A stretch of DNA of 64,000 bases. Origin: Squalus acanthias (taxonomy: Eukaryota). The first letter of the stretch is position 1. Each line of letters begins with the position of its first letter. Made by a program: the position numbers and the translations under genes. Of this stretch, positions 1 through 10,515 are shown one piece after another. The notes under the pieces were generated by a model. That model saw only the letters and a list, made by a program, of their open reading frames with translations, made no database searches and had not been told where the DNA came from. The stretch covers positions 310,001 to 374,000 of the forward strand of contig JASTWF010000367.1 in the NCBI GenBank assembly GCA_030390025.1, written 5' to 3'.

Positions 1-649
1 CTTAACACGCAAGGGCTAAAGATTGAAATTACTGCAATATAAAGAGAAACCAATACAGTATAACATTAACAGACTTTGGGAGAGTCTGATTAACCCTATG
101 CTCATAGTGTCCCCTCTGTTGGGGTTAGAGTATTTAAGGCCATCACTAAACAATATCTCATCAGCACCAAATATGTATCTCGACCGACTCATTTGAGCAG
201 ATCTCTACCCATTGGTTTTACACATGTTTTCATTCTCTAGAGACAAATTAACCATTTTACACAGTGGTGTTATCAGCGTGACAAACCATGTTATGACCCG
301 TTCTTCTGCGCATCTTCATCAAATGTTCCGCATGCTGGTTGCTTCATGGGCCACACAACATTTCCGCTCACACAGCGATACCCCAAGATCACCCAGCACA
401 AGATATCCGATACAAGACACTCCTGCCCTTTCTGGAAATCTATCAATGGATCGGGTGTCCTGAGGTGTTCCATTAGAATCTCTCCCTGCATGTCCCGATG
501 TTACATATAGTGAAAAGCTAACCAATACATTCTCCTCATTGTTCAGTACAAACAAGGACACAATCATTTCCCTCAGAAAGCTATCAATTGGCCATTATAA
601 CTACACTTTCCTGACTTTTACTATATTGTCTATTAATATCAGGTTACTC

Positions 650-900
650 AGGTGATTTAAGTAAAACAGGGACGGGTACTGATAGATAGAATCAGACTGC
701 TTCCATTAATTGAGGGATCTGTAAAAAATGGCCATTGATTAAATAATAACCGTAAGAAATTTAGAACTGAGAGTAGGTGAAACCTCTTTACATGGAAAGT
801 TGAGAAACTGTGGATTTAACGGAGGCAGAAATTATATCAATATTCAATTGTACAGATGGATGAATACAAAATTATTGAAGGGCTGTTGAGAAAGAGCGGG
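650..900 (+). mobile_element. Highly decayed CR1-type LINE 3' fragment
   Basis: Weak resemblance (aaatttagaactgag...aaacctctttac...gttgagaaactgtgg) to the 3' end of the better preserved CR1 copies in this window; no ORF. Confidence 0.35.
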
Positions 901-1591
901 TACAGTGATTGGAAGTAATTGTTAGGGTGGAGGGTAATCGCCGGCTAGGACTAGTTTCGTCGAGCAGCCTGCTCCCCTGTCGTAGCATTCCAACATGTTG
1001 ATGACCCGTTGAAATTTTAAGTAAATATCTATGAACAAAGATGTCTATTGTCACATTGACGTGTCAAGTTCCTACTGTATCCATCATTCGACACTGATCA
1101 GGAGACAGGCCCCGTTCTATTGGTCCAGGAGACAATGGGGGGCGGAGTCTGATGGGGAGACCAGCGCCTGCAACATTCACACCGAGATTACAGAATTACA
1201 GATAACCACCATTGTAACACATTGTTTCTACATTAACGGAAACTGTATATATTTATTAAATTGGAGCGTCTCATTGCAGTACCTGCGGTGTGAGGCAGGT
1301 ATCGCTGACGCCCACATGTTCCACTCCACTGCTAAAGCTCAGTCATGACTGTTCTCTTTGGATCTTGAGCGGGAAGCGCGCTGTTTTAGCTGAATCGATT
1401 CTGTTCACCCGGGGAAAGCGATAGACATCAAACACACGGCACAAAGTGGAAGAAATGTTCTCTGATACCTGTTTATTTTAACAACAACAACCCATTTCCT
1501 TCTTAAAGGACAGACAGCTATTCTGAAATGGAACACCTGCTGTAATTTAACTCTAGTTAGGACAGGATGCTTTAGATAACTTTTTTATTTT

Positions 1592-3298
1592 TTAACCAAA
1601 AAATGTGCAAGGCCATTTCACCACATTCTTCAGCTCTTCCCTGAATTTACTTTGGGTAGCTGCATAAATACATGTGTTTGTACAGGAACTCAAATACATG
1701 AGCATATACCCGGTTTCAGTGGCAATATAGGCAGGAGCTGCAGAATCACCTCGATACTGCGCGGTGTTTGTCAGTCTGGTAGTTAAAAATCTAACGATAG
1801 CTGTCAGCCACAACATTATAAAACTGCCCGATACACTGAACAGTAAAATAATGGATTTCCTTCGGTTCTCCATCTCTGGATCGCTCTGATTCTCACTGTT
1901 GTGACCCCGGAGTCCCCTGCGGGCTCTGCTGGCCTGTAAAATGCGTCTGACTGTCAAACAATTAAATAGTAATATCAAAGCAAAAGCAAGCCAAGCAACC
2001 AATATACTTTCCAAACAAGAGTATGCTGCACCTGCAGACGATGAAAAAAATTCCACTCTGGCGCGGCAACCCCAGTGAACATTGTTAATTATTCTCTCAG
2101 GTTCATATGCAAACCAAAAAGGGAGGCTCTGTAAACAGATCAGGAGAGAGACCGTTGTTATAATCGCGGCCGCAGTTCTCACTGTGCAATACTTTGTTTT
2201 AAACTTCTCACAACATATAGCTACAAATCGGTCAAATGTGAACGAGACTGTAAACCACACCGACACATACAGGTTGACACATTGCATGTACATAATGATC
2301 TTTCAGACGGCAGTGTAGGACAGGAAGGAATGTGGAAAGTGATGAATGATAATGCGGTTCACTAATATATTGATGATCATTACCAGTAGATCTGCTGTTT
2401 CCATGGCCACCATGTAGACAGAGATACATTTGGAAAGGCCGCAGTTTCCTCTGGAGAGAATCAGGATTGTCAGTAGGTTCGCTGTGAGAAAGAGGTGGAA
2501 GAGGTCAGTAACGGAGACATTCGGATAAGTCTCACAGCTTATTGTGGGGAAATGTGCGGATCTGACCCTATTCAGCGTTATGCGCATGGATTTTTTAACA
2601 TTAATATAAGCGCGGATAAAGACACTTTATTTAAAGAAATTAAATCATTGAGAATTCAATATCGAGGGACTGAAAATCCGCCGTCCTTCCAGCAAACTTC
2701 AGTCAAGTATTAAATATAATTTCACGGCATTTCATGGAAATATATAATTCAAGTAAAGCATTCAGCTGAGAGAAAACAGTTCAATTTAATTCGAAACGCT
2801 GCCGAGAGGAGGGGAGCAGCTTCCCGAGCAACAATTATTTCTCAAACACCTTCCAAAGTACAGTCTTGGGTGGAGATGGCGAAGTGCCAGGAATTATCAA
2901 CTTAAAATAGACAGAGGACAAAGGTACGAATCAGATGATTATTATGGACAATGAGCAACACCGTCTTCAGTGATCTATGTACTGTAGGAGGGGCCGGGGA
3001 ATCCGCCTCGCCCTCCCTCAATATAGGGCTGACAGTTGAGCGCCCGGTGCCCACGATCTAACGACCAGTACAGCGCCTCAGCGGCCGCGCGGAGTGACAG
3101 AATTCCCGCTGATATTCACCTACTGATCCCGGTGGATCAATGATTCTGCAATGAGGACATTCTCGGAATCTGTTACATTAACACTGAGATAGTCAACAAC
3201 CATTGGACAACAGGATACATTGACTTACCTGGAACACCGAAGGCTGCGAGCATATGGTAGTACATGTCCCTTATCTGTAGAATTGTTGGCCGTATCAT
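1592..3298 (-). pseudogene. GPR139/GPR142-like class A GPCR, paralog 1, with one in-frame nonsense codon
   Basis: Exon 1 3298-3229 (70 nt, MIRPTILQIRDMYYHMLAAFGVP, GTAAGT donor). Exon 2 2481-1592 (ctcacAG acceptor). Seven hydrophobic segments, FTFDRFVAICC and NTCIY motifs. In-frame TGA at 2305-2303 where the paralogs have Cys (TPVCK); the frame continues in phase after it. Confidence 0.85.
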
Positions 3299-3699
3299 TT
3301 TTTTGAAGAATGTGTGAATTCTGTCCCGCTTTACGGTTCCGACTGGAGTTTATCTGAGATCCGTAAATGCTCCCAATTTATACAAAAATCATTGCAATGG
3401 TGAGAAAATCAGGTGACACAATAAGTGGCGTTAGTTACAGTCACTTAACAAACAAGAAGCGATTTTCCACTTTAGTGCGCCCGGGCCACCACTGGGGAAA
3501 TTGTAAAGCTCAGTCCATGAAACTCATTCCATTAAAATTATTGAGCGGAAAGTAATCCCAGAGGGAATGTTTTCTGTGCATGCCCCCTGAACGCTGAAGG
3601 GAACATCCCTCTCGGACACCGCGTTAGTTCTTGTGACCTCATTTTAATTCTCTGAAAACATCAGTCATCAATTGCATAAATTAAATTTGTTATGTACTG

Positions 3700-5862
3700 T
3701 AATGATTACTAGTGGTGACTCAGCTCGAACATGGCTGGTGATGATCCTACTTTAACACTAACAAAATTGACCATATTCTAACATTCATGGTGGTGATGTT
3801 ATTCTAACATTACTGGTGGTGAATCTACTCCAACATTAGCAGTGGGGACGCTACCTTAACATTACCGGTGGTGACATTAATCTAGCATTACAAATTCTGA
3901 CCACACTCGAACATTACTGGTGATGCCCTACTCTAACATTACTGATGGTGATCCCACTTTAACGTTACTGATGGTAGCTATAGGCTAACATTAATTGTGT
4001 TGGCTCTATCGTAACATTACTGGCGGTAATCCTATTCAAATATTATTGGTGATGACCCTACACTAACATAACTGGTGGTGATACTACTCTGAATTTACTG
4101 GCGGTGATCCTATTCAAACATTACTGGTGGTGACCCTACTCTAACATTAATGCTGATGACCTTACTCTATCAGTAATGATGGTGGCCCCAATCTATCCTT
4201 ACTGGTGGTGACACTACTCTAACATTACTGGTGGTGACAAAACTCTAACCTTACTTTGGTGACCCTACTCTATCATTACAGGTGGGTGAACCTACTCTAA
4301 CATTACTGGTGAAGACCCAGCTCTAACAGTACTGGTGGTGACTCTACTCTATCATTACTGATGGTGAACTTACACTATCATAACTGGGGGTGACCCTGCT
4401 GTAACATTTCTGGTGTAGACCCTACTCTAACATTACTGTGGTGAATCTACTTTAACATTACTGGCGATGATTCTATTCTAACATTTCTGGTGTTGATGTT
4501 AATTTAACATCAATAGTCATGACCCGCACTAACATTAGTGATGGTGAATCTATTCTAATTTTACTGATGTTGACACTACTAAAACGTTAATGGCAGCAAT
4601 AGTACTGTAATATTATTTGTGTTTATTCTACTCTTAGACTGATGGTGACCCGAATCTAACATTAGTGGTGGTGACATTACTCCAATATTATTGGTGGTGC
4701 ATCTAATCTAACATTGCATGTGGTCTCCATACTCTGACGTTACTGATGAGTACTGTACTCTAACATTACTGCTGGTGATCGCACTGTAAAATTAATAGTG
4801 TTAATCCTATTCTAACATGGTGGTGATAATAATCTAACAATTTGGCGGCGACCCACTCTAACTTTACTGATGGTAAATGTACGCTATCATTAATGGTGTT
4901 AGCCCTATCCTATCATTACTGGCGGTAATCCTATTCAAATATTATTGGTGTTGACCCTACACTAACATTAAGGTGGGGATAGTGCACTAATATTAATGCC
5001 GGTGATCCTATTTTTTGATTACTGGTGGTGACCATATTCTAACATTAATGGTGATGACCTGACTCTAACATTACTGATGGTGGCCCTACTCTATCATTAC
5101 TGGTGGTTAGTCGATCCTAACATTCTGGTGATGACCCTACTCTAACATTACTGGTGGTGACCCTAATCTAACACTACTGTTGGTGACCCTACCCTAACAT
5201 TACTGGTGGTGACTCGACACTACCATTACTGGTGCTGACCCTACACTAACGTTACTGGTGGTGACCCTACTTCAACATTACCGGTAGTGTCCCTGCACTA
5301 ACATAATTGTGTTGACCCTACACTAACATTACAGCTGGAGACCCTAATCTAACATTATTAGTGGTGACCCTATACTAACATTACTATTGGTGACCCTACA
5401 GTAACATTTCTGGTGATGACTCTACTATATCATTACTGGTGGTCATCCTACTCTAACATTACTGGTGGTGAGCGTACTCTATCATTACTTTTGGTGACCC
5501 TACTCTAACATTAATGGTGGTGACCCTACTCTAACATTACTAGTGGTGACCCTACACTAACCTTACTGGTGGTGACCCTACTCTAAGATTACTGGTTGTG
5601 AACCCACACTATTATTACTGGTGGTGACCCTACTGTAACATTACTGTCGCTGACGCTACGCTTACATTACTGGTGATGACCCGACTCTAACATTACTGCT
5701 GGTGTCTCTACACTAACATTATTGGCGGTGATTCTATTCTAATATAACTGATGATGACGCTACTCTAATATTACTGTTGAAGACCCTTCTCTATCATTAC
5801 TGGTGGTGTCTCTACTCTAACATTATTGCCGGTGATTATATTCTAATATTACTGGTGATGAC
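3700..5862. repeat. 26-bp minisatellite array (ACCCTACTCTAACATTACTGGTGGTG)n, left part
   Basis: Directly visible tandem units, degenerate at the left edge; interrupted by the provirus at a TGAC. Confidence 0.95.
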
Positions 5863-7458
5863 TGTAAGGGATACTCTCCTGACCCTGCGTGTCTCGTAGC
5901 CTGTGAGATTCACGCGGCTCTGTGCAGCCTGTATGTCAGTGCGGGTCTAGGCCTGGTCCCCAGCCAGTCTGGGAACACTAGACACCCCTGTGAGTGGTTC
6001 GAATCACTCTCCCTTACGGTTCTAGACACTGGACTTAGATGCGAGAGCAGTAATGGAGATAAAACTCATGTAGACTTGGTTTGAACGGTACGAAATGGAA
6101 AATCTTTATTGCATGATACTTAAAATTATGAAATACATGTCATATGCACAGATTAATGACAGTACAATCTTACAAACGGTTATAATCACTCTTAGGGAAA
6201 CGAGGAACGACCAGCACAACGTAAATAGGGCACACATTACAAATATCCTTACTTTAAACCCTCCCCTATCAATAACTATCCTAAAACTAGCTTCGTAGGA
6301 TCCCGAGACTCATGCTCACCACTCGTAATAACTCGGAGAAATCCCGAATAGCTGATCGGATGTTTTCCACCTCAGCACCCACGTGTTGGTCAGGAGATCT
6401 CCTGGTCCCACTTGTTTACTGCTTCTGCTGCTCGGTCAGTCGGCTGGACCGTCCGCTGTAGTGAAGACCTCTGTTGGTTGGATACAGGGTATGGTGGAGC
6501 ACCGTTGTCAATATCATTGATACGATGTGTTTGCACAGTCCAGTTATCGTCGATGCAATATGTCTTGTTAAAGAAGAAAACTTCGTTGTCAAGAAGACTT
6601 GGCTGATCGACCTACAGGCGCGGTCGGGATTTACTGACCGTGGCGATGGATAAGGTCTTCTTCTCTTCTCCTCTCATCTCATCTCATCTCATCTCATCTC
6701 GGGCCTTTGGTTCCGCTGCCAGCTACCAACATAGGTCTTTGCAACAGTCTTTTACCCAGGAGCAGCCACGATGATAACAGCAGCAAGCGGCAAGAGTCAC
6801 GAACACGAGGCAGGAGCAAGAATCAAGAGTCAAGAGACAGAATGGACGGTTTGGGCCTGCAATTATAGTGCACAGTTCTTCCGTTTCCCGCCCAACTATA
6901 ATGTCCATTCTTTTGTTTAAGGTTTGGCGCCCAAAAGGTCCTGTATGGGTGATCTCTGTCTTTAATGGGTTTCGGGGCTACTCCTGAATGTTTGAGTACC
7001 TGCTAATACTTCTCCCATTGTTAAATCGGTCGGTGTTCCCCCTGGAGGGGTTTGGGGCTTCCAAGTGTCCTGTATAACTACCTGCTAACGGCTCTCTCAT
7101 CGTAGAGCCGTTGGGAGTTTACATATTAATGTCCTTTGGATGGGCCCTTGGTGGCTTTCCTTTGTACCTGGGAGACCGATTCCAGTATCGATGTTTATAC
7201 TGTAAACCCATAATGTCCTGTGTATTGTCTTCACTGTGCTGAATCGTTATCGATCCTGCAAAAATGTTTATTGGAACGCCATCTTGTCTGCCTGCCGAAA
7301 AGTCTCGAATGTTCTGTCACGCGGTGCGGCGGCCATTTTACAGGCTGCTTGTGTCCAATTTAAACCTGACAGCATTCCGCTGAAATAAAAGCTGTTTTGA
7401 ACGAAACTTGTGTTTTCTCCTTATTAAAAATGAAATCGCGATAATTGCGAATTCTACA
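5863..7458 (-). repeat. 3' LTR of provirus (1596 bp)
   Basis: Matches 16835-18430 except one G/A difference seen by eye (7151 vs 18123); minus-strand AATAAA at 6110-6105; (CTCAT)n microsatellite near 6673-6700. Confidence 0.97.
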
Positions 7459-7470
7459 GTCCCTCCTGTT
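7459..7470 (-). promoter_or_regulatory. Polypurine tract of provirus
   Basis: Minus strand reads AACAGGAGGGAC immediately before the 3' LTR TG. Confidence 0.75.
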
Positions 7471-7881
7471 GATGCGAATAACTCCGCTTATCGTATCAAA
7501 AACTCAGTGGTGAGCAATCTTATCTCGATTTCACTCCGAATCCAGTAAATTAATCCCATAAAATTTTAACTTCACTAGGGTCTCTGTGTCGTCCTTATTT
7601 CCCAAGAAAATCACACTTTATATCACCATAGGCATCATTTGCCCTTAAACTTACACCACCTGTTTTCCTTCCCGGCGTAACCAGGCCGATACCTCACGCA
7701 TCATCTGTATATTTATCTTTTATTCAGGGAAAGGAAAAACAAAACCCAAAAACCCAACAATCAACACCGTCACCAAAATAAACAAATCCCGACTCTTAAA
7801 CATGTCGAGTTTCCAACGTATTTACACTGAGTACAAACTTCCGCGGCGCACGTGGCGAGCGGGAGTGACGCTGTTTTCCCA

Positions 7882-10233
7882 TTACACTGCGCTCTCATCG
7901 TGCACGCGCACGTAACGTTCTCGCCACTCTCCCGTGTTCTCATGCTTGGTGAGGCGCTTGTCTCTTTTACAATGTATAAACAAAAGGTATACTACAATAA
8001 ACACTTGACAGACGACTAAAATGTGGGAGGCTATTCTGACCCATGAGGGCACTTCAATATTCGTGAACAGATTCCACCACGGTGGAACCACTATGTCCAA
8101 AATGTCTGTACCTATCTCGACGGTTTTCTGTTCTAATGTATAGAAATGCTTTTGTGACACCGCGACGGCTTTCAGAAGTTTGGTTAAATGCTCGGGGAGA
8201 GGGGGAATGAGGTACCCAAAATGTGCGACAAATCGCTGCAAGTCGGTAAAATTCTCTTTTACTGTGAGGTGAACAGTGGATGGTTCAGGGATTGGGATAA
8301 TTCGCTGTTGTGCTACTTGAACTTCAGCCCTGGGTTTAAAACAGAAACTGCTGTCACTCACCGGACACCGGCTACGGTTTCCATGCTGGTAGTGTTGCGC
8401 TGCAGTGGTAACACAATATGTTCCACCCCCGATGTATGCTACCTGCGGAGGCACATGATCTTGTGCCATTGCCTCCATGGTGCAATTCATGGACTTGGCG
8501 CCAGCCGTTCTGAACCCGCACTGTGGTGTTAAAAAGGCATTCAAGTGCTGGGGGCACAGTATTATGTGTGCTCCCCTGCCACGACAACCAGAGAGATCTG
8601 TACCTGTCATCGTTTGCTCCCAGCGGATGACGTAAGGTGGAACCGCTGCATAACGAATGTGGGCTCCCCCCTGAATGACACCAATGTTCTCTACCCGATA
8701 CACCGGGGCGGGCTTTGCTGTGTTGCCCAAAACCGGCATGCGTAATACTATTCCCATAATAGTATGGTTTGAACGTCCGCAGTCCACGGGGACTGGGTAA
8801 GCTTCTGAAGCTAGCCTGAGCTGGCACGGACTTAATGCATTCTGAAAAGGGTGGAGCGCCCGCAGGTGTTTGTTACTTATCCAGGACGGGACCAAACCTT
8901 GTTTTAAATCCTCCAAATTACTGCGGCCCTCGCCCAGTAACCACGCCCCGTAAAGCACGCACACCTCGTTCTGCGCAGCTTGATCGGATGCATTCCGATC
9001 TTCCCTAATCAGGGCATTTACCGTACGCGCATGTTTCTCCAGCTCTGCTATAATCTCTTTTAAGTGTAGTGTCATGGCTTGGTCCTCGTGCAGACCCGAC
9101 CCTACCACTTTATTCTCATCTGTGAGAATATCCTTTAACTGTGTTTTTAAACCATTAATCTGGGTCTGCAGCTCCACACTGTCTAGAGCGTTGACCACAG
9201 ATGTCCCTGTGTTAAAAGCAGTGAACGCATCGTTCACCAAACCCCTTCTTTGCCTCCCAACTTGATCCAAAACTTCCTGCGGTGCGGTGTATAAACTTGT
9301 CTTATCAATTTCCGCGAAATCGAACTCGTAAAACTGCCTGAACATCTTGGTCAACAGGACCTGGTACAACTGTTCCGTCTTTTTGGGGCACCACACTGGT
9401 AACCGTACCTCAGTGAGATTTAAAATCACCGAGGCCACCGCGTAATGCACTCCCTGAAATAGTATCTGGTCTGTGGGGACCAGTACCAAACCGTTCCCGG
9501 GTCCCTTACTAGTTTTAGGGCACCCTTCTTCCTCAGTTAGAACTACCGGAATCGTGGGCGGGGCTTTGCGTGGGCGCGTAATGAGCTCAGTGGCATTTAC
9601 TGGGATCGGGGAGAATGGGGCTCCGCACCCCCTGGTGCTCGCATCCCACCTCATCCCCTGTCCGTTATCCTGCCACTGGTTAATAAAGAATATGGAGATG
9701 CCTTTGGGGCAAACGTACTTTGACCCCCACATACAAACATAAATCCCCTCATCTGGTTCCCACCATTTGTCCCAACAGACTTTCACTTGTCCATCAGTCC
9801 CCGTAATTGTCCGATGGGTATTATTACCCAGTCGCTCCCACTCAACCGAAGAGTTCCTCATAGTTTTGCTCAGCTTTCGCAGCCACCACCATCGGCTCAA
9901 TGGGACATTCCCACTGCAAGTCAAACAAATCCGTTTGCCGACGGTGACGCTGATCCTGGGTGCGATGATCCGTACTTTGGGGCACATTAAAGAAGTCTCT
10001 TTGTAGGCGAACCCCGATGTGCTGGAATACTCCGTTGAGTTCGTTCCCAGCCATCCTGGCCACCTTCCCTTGTGGAAATAGGTGCTGGTCCCTTCTGCCT
10101 TCCGTCTCCCGGTCCCATCCACCGCGATGGGGGCCGTGTCCCCGGAACATCCAAACACCACGACATCCTTGGTGAGGCCCCGATAGGCCAATCCACATCC
10201 GATTGCCACGAGCAATACTATGAGTCGTTCCAT
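7882..10233 (-). CDS. env: Envelope glycoprotein, 783 aa: signal peptide, Ig-like domain, paramyxovirus-F-like class I fusion protein, TM anchor
   Basis: N-terminal signal peptide; furin site RQRR (aa 327-330) followed by a fusion-peptide-like stretch and heptad repeat; Cys-rich ectodomain; C-terminal TM (ILVVCQVFIVVYLLFI); splice acceptor tctgatcacAG at 10248-10247, 13 nt before the ATG. Confidence 0.9.
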   Translation of the reverse strand: MERLIVLLVAIGCGLAYRGLTKDVVVFGCSGDTAPIAVDGTGRRKAEGTSTYFHKGRWPGWLGTNSTEYSSTSGFAYKETSLMCPKVRIIAPRISVTVGKRICLTCSGNVPLSRWWWLRKLSKTMRNSSVEWERLGNNTHRTITGTDGQVKVCWDKWWEPDEGIYVCMWGSKYVCPKGISIFFINQWQDNGQGMRWDASTRGCGAPFSPIPVNATELITRPRKAPPTIPVVLTEEEGCPKTSKGPGNGLVLVPTDQILFQGVHYAVASVILNLTEVRLPVWCPKKTEQLYQVLLTKMFRQFYEFDFAEIDKTSLYTAPQEVLDQVGRQRRGLVNDAFTAFNTGTSVVNALDSVELQTQINGLKTQLKDILTDENKVVGSGLHEDQAMTLHLKEIIAELEKHARTVNALIREDRNASDQAAQNEVCVLYGAWLLGEGRSNLEDLKQGLVPSWISNKHLRALHPFQNALSPCQLRLASEAYPVPVDCGRSNHTIMGIVLRMPVLGNTAKPAPVYRVENIGVIQGGAHIRYAAVPPYVIRWEQTMTGTDLSGCRGRGAHIILCPQHLNAFLTPQCGFRTAGAKSMNCTMEAMAQDHVPPQVAYIGGGTYCVTTAAQHYQHGNRSRCPVSDSSFCFKPRAEVQVAQQRIIPIPEPSTVHLTVKENFTDLQRFVAHFGYLIPPLPEHLTKLLKAVAVSQKHFYTLEQKTVEIGTDILDIVVPPWWNLFTNIEVPSWVRIASHILVVCQVFIVVYLLFIHCKRDKRLTKHENTGEWRERYVRVHDESAV

Positions 10234-10515
10234 CCTTCCTTGGTTCCTGTGATCAGATAGAATGAGGTAGCCAGCCTCGCAAAAAGTCTCTGGCTTTTGT
10301 GAAGGGTGAGCGGGTCCCCTGACCTCGCCTCACGTAAACTTCAACTTTTGCTGAACAGACTTCCTCTAAACCTGGCCTTAAAACTCCCATCATTTGTCGT
10401 TATCTGTTAAAACCACTACAAACTTAAACTTATTAAAACTACTTAAAACTTTAAACTAAACTTAAAACCTTAAACTAATAACTTTACAATGCCGCCCGTT
10501 CTCAGGGCGGCCCCT

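Noticed and set aside
2303..2305. UGA at a conserved Cys of GPCR paralog 1 as selenocysteine or readthrough
   Set aside because: TGC/TGT to TGA is a single-base nonsense change, the context (TGA AAG) is not leaky and no SECIS was recognised; the same change occurs in the dead copy B transposase.
6095..6908. Short ORFs inside the LTRs (also 17067-17880) as accessory genes
   Set aside because: 61-67 aa, two are antisense to the provirus, none has a recognisable motif, and they are duplicated only because the LTR is.
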